NCBI GenBank assembly: GCA_964247055.1
Contig: OZ176051.1
Location: 5,828,001-5,892,000 of the forward strand
Direction of reading: 5' to 3'
Length of the DNA: 64,000 nucleotides
DNA from: Paragordius varius
Taxonomy: Eukaryota; Animalia; Nematomorpha
Every line of letters starts with the position of its first letter. Positions within the stretch are counted from its first letter, which is position 1. The notes under the pieces are model-generated. The model worked only from the letters and a program-made list of their open reading frames with translations. It ran no database searches and was not told where the DNA came from. Positions 1 to 13,060 of the stretch are shown one piece after another. The translations under genes were made by a program, and so were the position numbers.

Positions 1-587
1 TATAGTGATATAAACATGAAAATACGATTCAGGCCTAAATAATTCACACTCAATGGGTCTTAGAATCACGCTTATTAACTTTATAAATTGCAAGTTTATA
101 TTGAAACCCTAAATAATGAGCTAATTTGTTTTATAAAAACGCTTAGGTTCACACTCAATCACTACATCCTGACCAAATACATTTAGACAAATGCGAATAT
201 TTACCTTTAATTAATTATTATAACAACAATATAAAAATTACATCAAATAATATATAATTTTGTATATTCCGATTTATTAATTATTTTATAGTTTGGAACG
301 TATTCAAATAAAATTTGGTGCGAGCCTTTTCATTATCACTTATTACTGCCCTCATCACCGCTAAAAATATTCAAAGTGCTTTCAACGGCATTTTGTGAAG
401 TTTCGTTATTGGGAAAACATAATGGCTCGTTTCTCGCGCACATTCCTGTACCAAAATTATGTTGGCTGACATTTTTCCATTCAAGTTTGTTCGATATTTT
501 ATAAAAATTATTATTGTTAACCTAATATCCTAAAATGATTATCACACAGAGATTCCAATAAAAATAGTTATGGGACAAAATATTTAC

Positions 588-780
588 CCTAATAAGTCAT
601 ATTCAGTTCCACAATTAACTGGACCCAGGTGATCATCTGGCATGTAAATTGCTTGACATTTATTATAACAATAAAAGGGTTTACAAAAAATGACATCATA
701 AGTTAAGCATTGATGTTACACACATTTGTACAATTCTTTTCCACATCTGGATTACAATGTTGCGGTTCCCGCGATATAAT
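588..780 (-). CDS. Cys-rich exon (8 Cys), paralogue of 9520-9740; carries a 1-nt frameshift (pseudo-exon or assembly error)
   Basis: AAG|...|GT-bounded 193-nt segment reading IISREPQHCNPDVEKNCTNVCNI-(fs)-CLTYDVIFCKPFYCYNKCQAIYMPDDHLGPVNCGTEYDLL. All 8 Cys align with the 9520-9740 exon; it is 1 nt short of a phase 0/2 exon. Confidence 0.6.
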
Positions 781-1458
781 CTTTACACACAAAATTATTG
801 AAAAAATAAATAAATGCGTAGCTATTAATTATTTACAGTAAAAATTTAAAATATGCGGACAAAAGGTAAAAATATATAGAGACAAAATTTTTTTTTCAAA
901 AAACAACCAAACTTTTTTAAACCTTAATTTATCCCATAAAAATTATTTAAATTGTGTCATCACTTTATATCTCTACTTTATACTTTGCAGTGAAAAACCA
1001 TCTATAAAATATACAAAACTAAATTTGCATATCCAAGTCTATTTTTATATTTGCTAATTTAGGAGTACAAGTATTACTAGCACCCAAAAATGATTTCTGA
1101 ATCATATATCATCCAATAGCTAAAGATCTTCTGGATAATTAATATCAAATGAGGCTCAAATTTAAGGAGTTTTTAGCCAAAATTAAAAATGGCATTTTCA
1201 TCGCATATCCGTTCAAATAAAATTAAATACATATAGGAATACGCATTAGCTAAATCTTACCTGTTAATATTAATCATAATGATAATCCTAAACATTAACG
1301 ATTAAAATTCTGCATTTTTTTCAAAAACTTCTTGAAGACTTAGAGGTATTGATGCCGAATTGCATAATTTGGCGTTAAAAAACACTTGCAATGAAGATAA
1401 AGATTAATCCTAAATATATTATATATATTGCGTTTACATAAGGTCCAAGTCTTACATA

Positions 1459-2214
1459 TACCATTTACACTTCAAGAGTGTCCTTGAACAATTCAAGAGT
1501 GTCCTTGAACAATTCAAGTTGGTCCTTGAACAATTCAAGTTGGTCCTTGAACAATTCAAGTTGGTCCTTGAACAGTTCAAGTTGGTCCTTGAATAATTCA
1601 AGTTGGTCCTTGAACAATTCAAGTTGGTCCTTTAACTTTTTTGCTTTGTTTTAAACTTTTATCAATCAAATCGAAAATAATTCGTCTATTTTATTGTTTT
1701 TAACCTATTTTCTATTATTTAACATAAATTTTAAATCGATATCAACTTTTAATCTTTGAAAAACCGTATATCTTTATTAATTTCTTAAAATAAATTTGGA
1801 TATTTATAAGATTTTAACATAAAATGAAAAATTATATAAGTTTTCTGGGTTATAAATTAAAATTTTTCATTAAAAACATTTAAAAGTCAATAATTTTGTT
1901 GAATTGAAAAAAAATAGTTTGAAACAAAAAAGTGGTTTTTCAATAAAATATTTTATTTTTAAAAGAATAAATATATAATAAATAAAGAAAATTAGGTAAA
2001 TAAATAATAAAATAAATAAATAAATGCAAAAATTATGGTTAAATCAAAATTTATAAATTTTAAGGACCAACTTGAATTGTTCAAGGACCAACTTGAATTG
2101 TTTAAGGACCAACTTGAATTGTTCAAGGACCAACTTGAACTGTTCAAGGACCAACTTGAACTGTTCAAGGACCAACTTGAATTGTTCAAGGACACTCTTG
2201 AAGTGTAAATGGTA
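1459..2214. mobile_element. Foldback-type MITE (family B), long TIRs containing 21-bp tandem repeats, TA-flanked
   Basis: Ends TA-CCATTTACACTTCAAGAGTGTCC / GGACACTCTTGAAGTGTAAATGG-TA. About 8 left and 7 right units of TTCAAGTTGGTCCTTGAACAA. Related copies at 8916, 16970 and 39974. Confidence 0.85.
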
Positions 2215-3041
2215 TATATAACTTTTTTTAATAATTTGCAGAGGGGCGCATAATTTTTACAAAACATTCATTATAGTACAATTTTTCCCAATACTTCTAT
2301 TGTAATGTTTTTTATTTTCGGAATTTTTAGGTCAAAATGACAAAACAACACAATAAATATTATATTTGTTAGTTTTATAAAATTAAATTTAATATATTTT
2401 ACCGCATAATATCCAGTTTTACGATTTAAATTTTACGTCAAAGTGCAATTTTATCTTTATTTCTTAAACGCTTTTAAAAGAAAACCTTTTTAGTACTTTT
2501 ATGTTAGGGATTATCTCATATTAAAAATTAATTTATGGTTGAGTTGACGCCTTTTTCCCATTGTGTCTATATTAGTCATAATGTGGAATAAAATTCGATT
2601 TTATAAATCAATAGTGGAAAAATCAAAATAACTTACATGGTAACCGCATTACCTATTATTACATTATATTGCCCCCATTTGTCGCATAGTGTTTTATATA
2701 AAAACAGTCTCCTAACTTTTTAAAATTTTACATAACATAAAATTAATGTTTTATTTAAACGATCCAAAATTGCACATTTTAATAATAAAATATTAAAATA
2801 ATGACCAAATTACATTTAAAGAAAAGGACGTCTGATTCAAAGCGTGTGATACCTGGTATAATTTAACAAGATTTAACCCAATATTTATCAAATGATTATA
2901 TAATTAAAAAAGACAATAAATTTAATAGAGATTACTTCTAATTTATTGGATACTCTTTCAGCATATACAACCTAATATACTAATTAAATATTAATTAATA
3001 CCCTAAGGAGACAGACATACAGAAAATATTTCAACATTGAA

Positions 3042-3123
3042 TCCTTTGAAGAAATTGGTAGGATATATAATTTACAAAATTATTCCTTTGAGAAATTGGT
3101 AGGATATATAATTTACAAAATTA
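3042..3123 (+). repeat. ~41-bp tandem duplication
   Basis: TCCTTTGA(A)GAAATTGGTAGGATATATAATTTACAAAATTA occurs twice head-to-tail. Confidence 0.9.
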
Positions 3124-5449
3124 AGTTATTGTTAAAAAAGCAATAATAATATATATTTTTTTGTAAAAGCAAACAAACATTTACTCATTTCTTGGAACTA
3201 ATAGACGTACGCAGTAAAAATATCTCAAATGGATATCGATTCGTATTGTTAAATTTTTCGGAAATAGGTAATGCAATTCTTAAAAACAATCACTGATTGA
3301 TAAAATCAAAATAATCTAAAAAAATACACTTTCATTTGAGCTAGCTAACTCTAAACAAAATTAACGTAAATTATAAAAAGTGTTTGTAATGTAAGAATGC
3401 ACTTACGCCTTTGATAAAACAAATATAGCCAATCATTTCCAATTACAAATTTAATAATTTAAGAAAATTTTTACAGGTGGATAGATACAGACAAAAAGTT
3501 ACTGGTAATTTCGTAATCAAATAATTGGAATAATAATGGTATCACATTTTACAAAATATATTATAAATTGTCAATTAGATATTCAAATATTACTTGTTGG
3601 GTAATTATCGTTCGTTCAATTTATATGTAATTTTGTAGTTAGATTTTCTAAAACAAAAATGCTGTATTATGTAAATGATATTATAAAAGCCTATCTTATG
3701 AGGGTCCGTATAGATTAACACTTTAATAAAAATGTATAAATTTAAATAGTTGTATATTTTTTAAATAGGGGACCGACTCCACAAATTCGATCATTTCATT
3801 TTGATAATGAAAGATGTTTGCTCTCAAATTTAGTTGACCCTTTTTAAAACCTATTTGCAGGACAAATATTTCATTAAATAGGCTAAATATGAATGAAGAG
3901 TATTTTCATATAAAATGAAAAACCTTTCTCGCCTCAACCTATGGTTCCCAAACGGCAAACAAATAGTATCGACATTTTTTATGCTACCATAAGACCATAT
4001 TAGGGCGCAAAAAATGTGGTATTTTCGAAAAATGCTACGAACCTCTGACCTAAAATCTTGTAGTATTAAACAAATATAATATAAGAACCCGTAGCTAATT
4101 TCAACACTCTGCTATTTACTAAAGAGAGTGGGCCATTTCAAATAGTATTATATCATATAAAAGCATCAAATGCTTTTTTGATGCTCCATTATCTTTTGTG
4201 GTAATTTTATACCAGCCATTTAAAATTTAATTATCTCAAAAAGTGTTGTAAATATTGGACTAAATTTAAAAAATATACTTTTTTGCCTTTTACCTGCATT
4301 CCTTGATAAATATTTTTTAAAAAAAAGCAAAAATAAAAAAAATCAAACTTTTTTGCCACAATTTATTTCTTTTGATCTTTTAAATTACTAATAAGGCAAA
4401 TATCGTATTTTATGTAAAAATGTAAAGAATTAATCATTCATTTTACCACAAATTTTGATAATTATCGTATTTTAAATCAGCTGTTTGTTTCAATCGTTTG
4501 GGGTTATCCCGATTTCGGACTCTATTTAAAAAAATAAGCTTTTTGTAAAATACTGTAGAACAATGTATGATAATTAAAGTTTAACAAAACATCTCATAAA
4601 ACAGTAGGTTATTTACAAGTTTCCAGAAACTACCTTAAAAAGCTACTAAAAAATAAACGAATTACTCATTGATCAAACATATAGACAATCTTCCCATCAA
4701 ACTTTTTTCATACAAATACTTTTGGTATGGTAACTAATAGAACTGGAAAATTAATAAAATAATTACTCCTTAAATGAAATTAATTATGTTTGTTGCTTCC
4801 TGCAAAAATGTAAATATTGCAAGAAATGTGTATAATATACAATATTTTATAATTAAAGGTAATAACCCGTTTTACATTTATTGCACAAATTTAAGCCACT
4901 TATACTGTCAAGGTAAATTCGAACATTAAGGAGTGTTATAAAATTTTTATGATTTTAGCATTATCCTTATTTTGATAGGTACAATACAAATTGATCTGTT
5001 TTGTTTTTTGGTTTTGGAATAGTCAAAAATAATAATCGGTTTGACCGGTATGAATGCAATTATTTATACTCATTATAAGGATACACGTTCTAATTGGCTA
5101 TAATAGTTTTGCAATTCGGATTTAATAGATTTTTGAAAATCCAGAATTGTTGTAATAATAGGGAAATTACGTAAATACCTACATATTTTTTGACTGGCTT
5201 ATTTTCATAAACGATCAAATACCTAATACATTTACAAACCGGTCAGACCCAATCCTATCTATCAAAAAAATTTTTTACCGTATATGCCGCATTCAATAAT
5301 GTTGTAATAAAGGTATTATATTTGTTGCATTTATTTAAATAAATAATAATAGTGTTGAAAATATTTCCCATGCTAATGATTAAATGTTGATCAGATAATC
5401 AGGTAAGTCTAGATAAAAATTGTATTTTTTTCTTAAATATACAATGAAA

Positions 5450-5810
5450 TTAATAAAAATCAAACTCTTCCTCTTGTTCACCACTACCATCCTCTTCGTA
5501 ATAATCCAAATTTTGAAAATTATATTTTTTGTTTACTTCTTGGAGCTTAGCGGCCAACTCATCATAATACACATCATTGTTTCCTTCATAATAGGTGTCT
5601 GAAATGCCGTCATATCCACTGTTTTCTTCAATATATATACCAGATGTTTCGAGAGATATGGGTTCACCAGAAAAACCGCTTTCAGAACCTGAAGCAATCT
5701 TTGTTGCACCACTTCCGGAATTCAAAGCCTCATTTATTAAGCTTGGACTTGTATGGTTTTGAGGATTAATAAATGCTCTAAACATCTTATTGTAATTAGT
5801 CCAATCGTCT
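5450..5810 (-). CDS. Exon of an unidentified gene; acidic, Ser-Gly- and Tyr-rich, proteoglycan-like segment
   Basis: ORF 5450..5818 with a CAG acceptor at 5811-5812, 8 SG dipeptides in acidic context (e.g. EEDGSGE). A compatible upstream exon at ~5878-5921 (TIDYMKRHTKNLSY); further exon-like segments towards ~2.5 kb could not be assembled. Confidence 0.5.
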
Positions 5811-6052
5811 CTGTGCAAATAAATAAATATTCATTTTATGTGTGACATTATATTTTAACCAAACCAAAGCTAATAACCTATATGAAAGATTTTTAGTATG
5901 CCTTTTCATATAGTCTATAGTCTGAAAATTTACAGTTGATTTATTAAACTTTCATCTTTGAAAACTACATGTCTATTAATACTGTCTTTTCAATAAATTC
6001 CTTTGGCCAAATTTTTACTATATTTTTATTTTTGGGACTTTTCACCATTTAA

Positions 6053-7464
6053 TAATGTGACCAGATATTTTGAACTTGAACGGAGTACAAAAATTAAAAC
6101 ATACTTTGCTTGTTTGCACAAAAAATATCTTGATGTAACATATATATTCTGATAGGAAAATATCGGGATTATCATGGTGCTTTTGGTTTTAACCTTTACG
6201 AGCTATTAAAGAAAATTATTTACACTTTTATGGTAAGTCTGCGTAAATTTTCAAAAGGTGCGCAATTTTTTTTAAATATATGTTTTGGTGATTGCTTAAT
6301 GCTTTATTTTGAAAAATATCACTTAAATCTAACATAAACAACATATAAAATGCAAAACAATATTTTTAATTTGCAATAATTTTAAATGTATGCTAAATTT
6401 AGATATCAACTAAGTGTATTTTTTAAAAAATGCATACTTTCATAAATTTTGTTTTTAGCAAATTGTTGAAGCATATTTTTTACTATTTTCAGCATGATGG
6501 AAACGATATAAACGGTTGAGATGTTACTTTATATATAATTCGATAATGCTAATTTCTCAATCAGAATTTTGATTAGAATATTTGTTCGTTTTCAAATTAA
6601 TGTTAAATAAAAATTGTGTTTTTATTTACAAAAATCACCATTATTTGCAAGCAAACAAACCTTGAAATTAAAATCCTTAACCTATAGTAATGTTAAACAT
6701 CATCGAATTATTTAGAAAAAGAGTTTTATTATATCTTAAAGTGTTATACCGTTTCCATCATGCTTCAAAATACACGCTTCAAAAAAATATCTCAAATTTG
6801 GTTCAAAAAATAAGAAAACTAATAAAAAATTGAGTTTAGGAAAAAAAATTAAGAAAAATCATACCTCCCACCTAAGAGTATAAAAAACGTAATAACTCTT
6901 AATTTTTTAATACGAAAAAAGGTTATTTCGAAATCATATGCCATATATAATAAATTTTAAAATATATGGTACGGGAATAAAATTTTTTATATAATTTTTC
7001 GTTTGATAATTAAAAAAATGAACTCAAACCTGATCAAACATTTATTGAAATATCATGAATTAATTTTGTTAATTTAAATTTTGAGGCACCCCTTTTTGCA
7101 GCCTTGAGTGAAAGAGCCATTACTTACGGAGTGGAGTCCGAGATTTATAGTTTCGCCACTGCGCGAAAGGCTGCAATCTTAAGTTTTATGTATAATTCGA
7201 GCAGAAAATAAAATACTAACCAATTAAAAATAGGTCCTTAGTTTTTGTACCTCAAAATGAATCATTTCTTTACAAATTATGGGGTTATTTTTTACAAAGG
7301 GTACTATATCAAATTCTTAAATATTTGAATAAATAATGTTAATATTCATAAAAAATATTTTTTTTAATTTCAAAAAGCAGTACAAAAGTTGGCGCAGTAC
7401 AGTCGCAGTTTTTTTCTGAAAATCCAGTACTGTACTGCGAAAAACAGCCTATCTGGTCACATTA
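6053..7464. mobile_element. Non-autonomous DNA transposon (family A), 15-bp TIR, 8-bp TSD
   Basis: TIR TAATGTGACCAGATA / TATCTGGTCACATTA; flanks CCATTTAA / CCATTAAA (7/8); subterminal GCAGTAC repeats; colinear with the copy at 19352-21466. Confidence 0.85.
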
Positions 7465-7520
7465 CCATTAAATTAAATCAATAATGGCCAATTTCCCATG
7501 ACATTTTTTTAATTTACAAA

Positions 7521-8720
7521 TGCCAGGTGTTTTCATAAGTTATTACCAGTTTAACTGGGCGAAGAAGTCAGAGAAAAGTATGCAGACGAATAACTTGATA
7601 AACACCCTTTTTGTTCATCTGTTTAACGACAAACACACACAATTTGAGTTTACAAAAGCTAGCGACTTGTATTTATCCAGAAATCTTGTTAAATTTTGTG
7701 TCTCAAGCAAGGAACATTTGCGGCACGCAATGCCATCAGAAAAAAATGCCGTTGAAAGTAATCGTTTGCTGAAAGAAACATATGGTAAACAAACTCTATC
7801 GATCAACTCATGTGAAAATGGTTTTCAATAAAAGTTGGATTTCATGTGAAAGAGTGAGGGCGCTCACCACATAACTGCAAGACGCTAAATAGCAAGACTT
7901 ATTGAATGGGTATTCAACTCAAACTTAACAAAAATTGGCAGAGGTATTATATCACAAAAAACAATCAATAGATGGCTATGAGCAATGAGATAGACAAACA
8001 AACTCGAGAAAAAATTCCCACACAATTTCAACGTCAAATCAAAAATCGCAAAGATTGTAAAATTTTGTTTAACGTCAAAAGAAATCATTCTAGCACCAAA
8101 TCGTGACGAGTGATGAGTATTGCCTTTATTTTGTAAATCCAAAAAGGAAAATCGTAGCTTTCATTTTGCCAAGCCGTTCCGTAACAACAAGGCCAAATCG
8201 ATTTGGTAAAGAAACCATCTGTGCCTTGTGGTAGCCGTATTGTGTATTTACTTTTGAAGTATCGTGAAATTTTTAATGCACAACATTATCGCTAACAAAT
8301 ACCTAATTAAAGCCATGGATTAATTGAAAAACAGCCTGAATAAGCCATTAAACATGGGAAAACAATTTTGTTACATGACGATGCTTCGTTTTTAAACTTG
8401 TGAAAGACACCTTAGTATTGCTTCAATGTGATTTTTTCCAATCCGCTGAACTCTCCTGACCCGCCATCTGATTAAAACAACTTCGCATCAATGAGGAACA
8501 CACGCAGAGTAGCATTTCAATAATTAAGACGCTACAAAACGGCTGGGTGAATGCGGACAAGATTTTAACATTAATAAATATAGAATTTCGCTGCAAAAAT
8601 TAGTTTTTCTCTATGAACGAATGCGTACAAACCGATGCACAATATTTTGAATAAAATAAATAATTGATTCCTTCCAAAATAACATACAAAACCGGTAAAA
8701 ACTTATGAATACACCTGAAA
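7521..8720 (+). mobile_element. Decayed mariner (Mos1-like) element
   Basis: TIRs CAGGTGTTTTCATAAGTTATTACCAG / CCGGTAAAAACTTATGAATACACCTG. Remnant transposase KEHLRHAM...KNAVESNRLLKETYG, with multiple stops and frameshifts. Confidence 0.85.
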
Positions 8721-8915
8721 GACAAAATATTTTCTATTTTTTTCCGGAAAAGTTCCATTTTATTTAATGAACAATTATTTTTTTAATAAATTAAATTGTG
8801 AGAGTAGCTTAATCGCCTTGAATTATTAGGCGAATCCAACATACATGGCAAACGTGTTAAACTCATAATCTTTTCGTGTTTGCCCAATTTTTTATCTCCA
8901 TATGTTGCTTAAATA

Positions 8916-9430
8916 TACCATTTGAACTTCAAAGGTGTCCTTGAAAATTCAAGTTGTTCCTTCAGCATTTAAAGTTGGTCTTTATTTTATAAGTTTGGAT
9001 TTAACCATAAATCTTGCATGTATTTATTTGTTTTATTATAACCTAATTTTCTTGATTTGAGATATATAAATTTATTCATTTAAAATTATATTTTTAATTT
9101 AAAATCAAATTTTGTTATTAAACTAATTTTTTCTAATTTATCACATTATTCTATTATAAATTTTTTAACGAAAAATTGTAATTAATAATCAAACTTGTAT
9201 TTTTTCAAGTATGTCGAAATCTTATGAATTATTTTTGCAAAACACAATAAAAAAATACAGTTTCTGATGATCAAAAGTGATTAAAAAATTTGGTCAAATC
9301 AAGAGAATAAGTTAAAAATAATAAAATATATTACTAATATATGGTTTGATTGATAAAAATTAAAAACAAATTAAAAAAGTTGAAGGACCAACTTGAAATG
9401 TTCAAGGACACTCTTGAAGTGTAAATGGTA
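8916..9430. mobile_element. Family B foldback MITE
   Basis: TACCATTTGAACTTC... / ...CTTGAAGTGTAAATGGTA; 2-3 repeat units per end; internal part inverted relative to the 1459 copy. Confidence 0.8.
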
Positions 9431-9519
9431 TAGTTAATATGACTAAGTTACGGCGAGACGCGTGAAAGGGCATAGCCATCAATATATATCACATAAATCG
9501 GGTATATATAATATTATAC

Positions 9520-9740
9520 CGGCTTAAATCCATTTCAGTTCCACAATTAATCGGGAACACGTTTGATAATGGCAAAAATATTGCTTGGCATTTGCCTTCA
9601 CAATAATATGGAATGCAGTAAAGCTCTTGACTGTAATTGGGGCAACTGCTGTTTTGACAAATGTCTTTGCATGTTTCCTCCAACTTTTCGAATCTTTCCT
9701 CATCCATTTTAGGACAATCATGCGGCATGACATAAATCAT
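9520..9740 (-). CDS. Intact Cys-rich exon (8 Cys) of an unidentified, possibly secreted protein
   Basis: 221-nt phase 0/2 exon AAG|MIYVMPHDCPKMDEERFEKLEETCKDICQNSSCPNYSQELYCIPYYCEGKCQAIFLPLSNVFPINCGTEMDLS|GT; donor position identical to that of the 588-780 paralogue. Confidence 0.7.
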
Positions 9741-10441
9741 CTTGGGAAGCTATATATATATATATATATAATTTTCAGTAAAATTATGATTTTTATGAAA
9801 TTTATAAAAATTTACACATTTTTTGTTTGCCCTACAATTTTTCCTGCAGTAATTTGGGTAGAAATGCTTGATAACAAAATTTTACTATAATAGCCAGATT
9901 AGAATTCGATGCTCAGAGAATATTTCCAACCCTAAATTTTTGTTCCTTTTAGGATGGCTTTATGCCCAAAACAGATCAGAATTATACAGATGCAACAGCA
10001 AAACTACAATTTGAAAACTTATCATGTTTAAATATTTTCGAGTCTCAGGCATTTCGGATTGATAAAAAGAAATACAAGAATTAATATTTTTTTTGTTTTT
10101 TTAAATAAAATAAAACATACTTCCCCACTTTGATCAACGTATTCACATGACACGCTTGTTGCCTAAAAAATATTAAATATATGATTTAATATATGACTAA
10201 AAATGGTTAATTTCGATTTTGCATTCTTAAGTTGAAGTAAAGAGCAATATTATTGACTTAATTGCTGTATGGAAAATTTTTTTAGCGTTTTTTCGCTTTT
10301 AGCCATATAATATCCCTTATATTTGATAATTTAAAGAAAGATGTGTTTTTTACTCATACGGTATAGGCATGTTTAAAGCTTTCTTAGATTGTCGTATTTT
10401 TGCATTTGATATAAAATTATAAAGGTTTTTCCTGGTAAAAA

Positions 10442-10642
10442 TACAGTACAAGTAAGTCTATAATGCTAGTTTTTCATTAATTATTGCCAAATAAATAGCA
10501 TATATGCAGAAAAGAGAATTATTATTGGCTAATAATATTAAAAAGTGAAAAAAATAACTATAAACCAATAATACTCCCCTTTTCTGCAAATACTATATGG
10601 CAATAATTATGAAAAATTAGCAATGACTTACTCATACTAATA
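10442..10642. mobile_element. ~200-bp palindromic MITE; relatives at ~42474-42680 and ~57800-58015
   Basis: Ends TACAGTACAAGTAAGTC / GACTTACTCATACTAA; internal imperfect palindrome; shared core AAAGAGAATTATTATTGG. Confidence 0.6.
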
Positions 10643-12862
10643 TCATATACCAAAGAATCAAAAATACATTATATTCAGTTGTCTATACCCAAAATTTTAA
10701 AATCCATGTATTCCCTTTTAGTTTTTATTATGCATAAATTAAAAATTAAGTATTACCAACCAGCCGAATATAACCAAAGCAAGAAAAGATCGAAACATTC
10801 TGGATTAATAATATAAAACCAAAAATAAAAATTAATATAGCTGGATATTGCAGATAATTTGTTTAGGCTGTGTGTTTAACCAATTTATTACAATAGCTAT
10901 CCAATCGGGTAAACCAAATAAAGCTTAGTTCGCATTTTTGATAGTATTTGAATTAACGATGAGGTCGAATGAACTGGTTTACTTTATTATTAAATGGGTT
11001 TGTATACCTAGTTTTATTTAAAGAGATATAAGTTATTTGTTAACATTCTAAATTTATATGAGTGTATTTATTTTTTGTAAATTCATATTTGACCCACAAA
11101 TTAATTTTTTTTACAAGTACCTAATCGATACATTTTATAAGAGTGTTATTATCTGGGGTAGATTAGGTTAGCCATGACTATAAAAAAAACTAATTTTTAA
11201 AAACTTAATGCAGCATTTACAAATTTTGTAAATAGAGTCATCTATGTACTAGGAGAAATTTTTCGAACTGGAAGGATGAAGAGATTTCACAATCCGTAAA
11301 AATATTGGAGTACTCTATAAAATATGCAAAAAATCAAGTACTCAAAACAGCTTACTTTCAATATTTTGACTATAATTTTAAAACATAGGAGTATGGGCTT
11401 TAAAATTTTTATCATATGCATTGTGCCCAAAATCGGGACGTATAAAAAATAATCCTTGGGAGCTTTCGGTTTTGGGCCTTAGGAATGATTTACGAAACAT
11501 ATCTCCACTATTCGTCTATGTCAAAAGATCGCAAAATTTTCACATTGCCAAATAAATTTTTTTGTGAAAGTTAAATTCCAAAAACAATTAAAATATATTA
11601 AATTATAAAAAACAGAATGATATTTATTATAAAATATGATGTCAAAAATGCATACTATGCTCAAAAATATATTTTTAATTAAAAAGCATATTATATGGTA
11701 TTTTAAAGCAGAATAGAAACGCTAAAAATACTTTTATACTTAATATTTTCACTTTATATAAGCTCAATGACAAAGATTTATAAAACTTCAGAATTTTATT
11801 AAATTTCAAGTTTAAGTAGCTTCAAGTTAAGACACTTTAGATCTAACTAGTTGAAAAAAAATAAATCATTAAATTTAAAATGTGAGGAAGTTTGTGTTTT
11901 TAATATCTAAACATGTTTTTCTACCATTTTTTTCATGCTCCAAAATACCATAAAATATTCATCAAAAATATATATATTGATATTAATTATTTGGTCAATA
12001 TCTACAATATAATAAATTTTATTGTCCCAAACACGAAATTTTTTTACCCCCTTTTATTAGTAGTCAGTTATTTTAGACTTTCATGGCTAAGCCCTCATCT
12101 AAAATTTAAAGTTCTAAAAAATTTATTTATAATATATGAATTTTAATATTAATTTATGGAATGAATTATTTAGCTTTCAACAAAAAAATTTTTTTTGTGC
12201 GCTAACTATCTGAATAGCAGTTTACTAATAAACTTAAAAATAGACTTAACACCACCTATGTCTTACGTAAGGCCCTAAACCAAACATAATCCTGATAAAT
12301 TTACCGCATATATTTATATATATATTTAGGAATATTTTTATACCCTTGAGTTTTTTCTAATTTCTTGAGAATTCAACAAATTCAAAATCAATTATTATCC
12401 AAATATTGCTGCTACAATGTAATTTTTATATTTACATTTCAGCCATATAAAGTTATGCCTGTTTTATGATGACATCTTTAGGCTCAACAAACTCAGCTCT
12501 CCAAAAACTAACACAAATGATTATAAATAGAGAACAATGTAGATAATAATGAGATTTATCAAGATTGGCCCCGACCACTGAGGCCACTTAAATTTAAAAA
12601 AAAATTTGAATCATATTTTTATTTCTATTATTATTTTTTCATTAAAATAACTTCTATCCTATAATAAGGGGTGTCCAACATGCAGCTTCCCTAAAATTTT
12701 TACAGCGCGCTAAAATTTAAGAAAAGAAATAAATATATACAGCATTTTATAATACCAAAAATCAGTAAAATTAAAAAATATATATTATTTACTTTTATGT
12801 ATAGTTTAACAATTATTAATATTATTATTTATTTGGTTTATGGTCATCATTTATATATAAGG

Positions 12863-13060
12863 AACTGGTACTCAAATCGCGGCTCACGGGCCGATGCGGG
12901 CCTAAATGTTTTTTGGCCTGAATTTTTTGTGAATTTATTTTCTGTAATCTGCGAATGAGTCAAACATCTATGAAATTTTTGAAGATAATATATTGTGCAC
13001 TGCTCTTGGGACAAGATAAATATTAATTGCGGCCTTTAAATTTTTTGGTGAGTGCCACTG
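12863..13060 (+). mobile_element. 198-bp MITE derived from the hAT at 50880-53316
   Basis: Left end resembles CAGTGATACTCAAACCGCGGCCCGCGGGCC; right end reverse complement CAGTGGCACTCACCAAAAAATTT matches the hAT's other end; flanks ATATAAGG / GTTTAAGG (nnnTAnnn). Confidence 0.8.

Noticed and set aside
1471-2202. 21-bp direct repeats as a CRISPR array, and ORF 1992-2267 (NNSSWSL repeats) as a gene
   Set aside because: The units are contiguous with no spacers, are mirrored at both ends of a MITE, and the ORF is simply their translation.
4000-5260. Glypican assignment for the acidic Ser-Gly gene
   Set aside because: No glypican Cys pattern or CWNG motif was found, and the exon order does not fit.
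10485-10610. Recurrent peptide KENYYWLI..KSEKNN.KPII (also 42460-42672 and ~57900) as a gene-family exon
   Set aside because: The segments sit inside a ~200-bp palindromic MITE with TIRs, and stops interrupt the frame.
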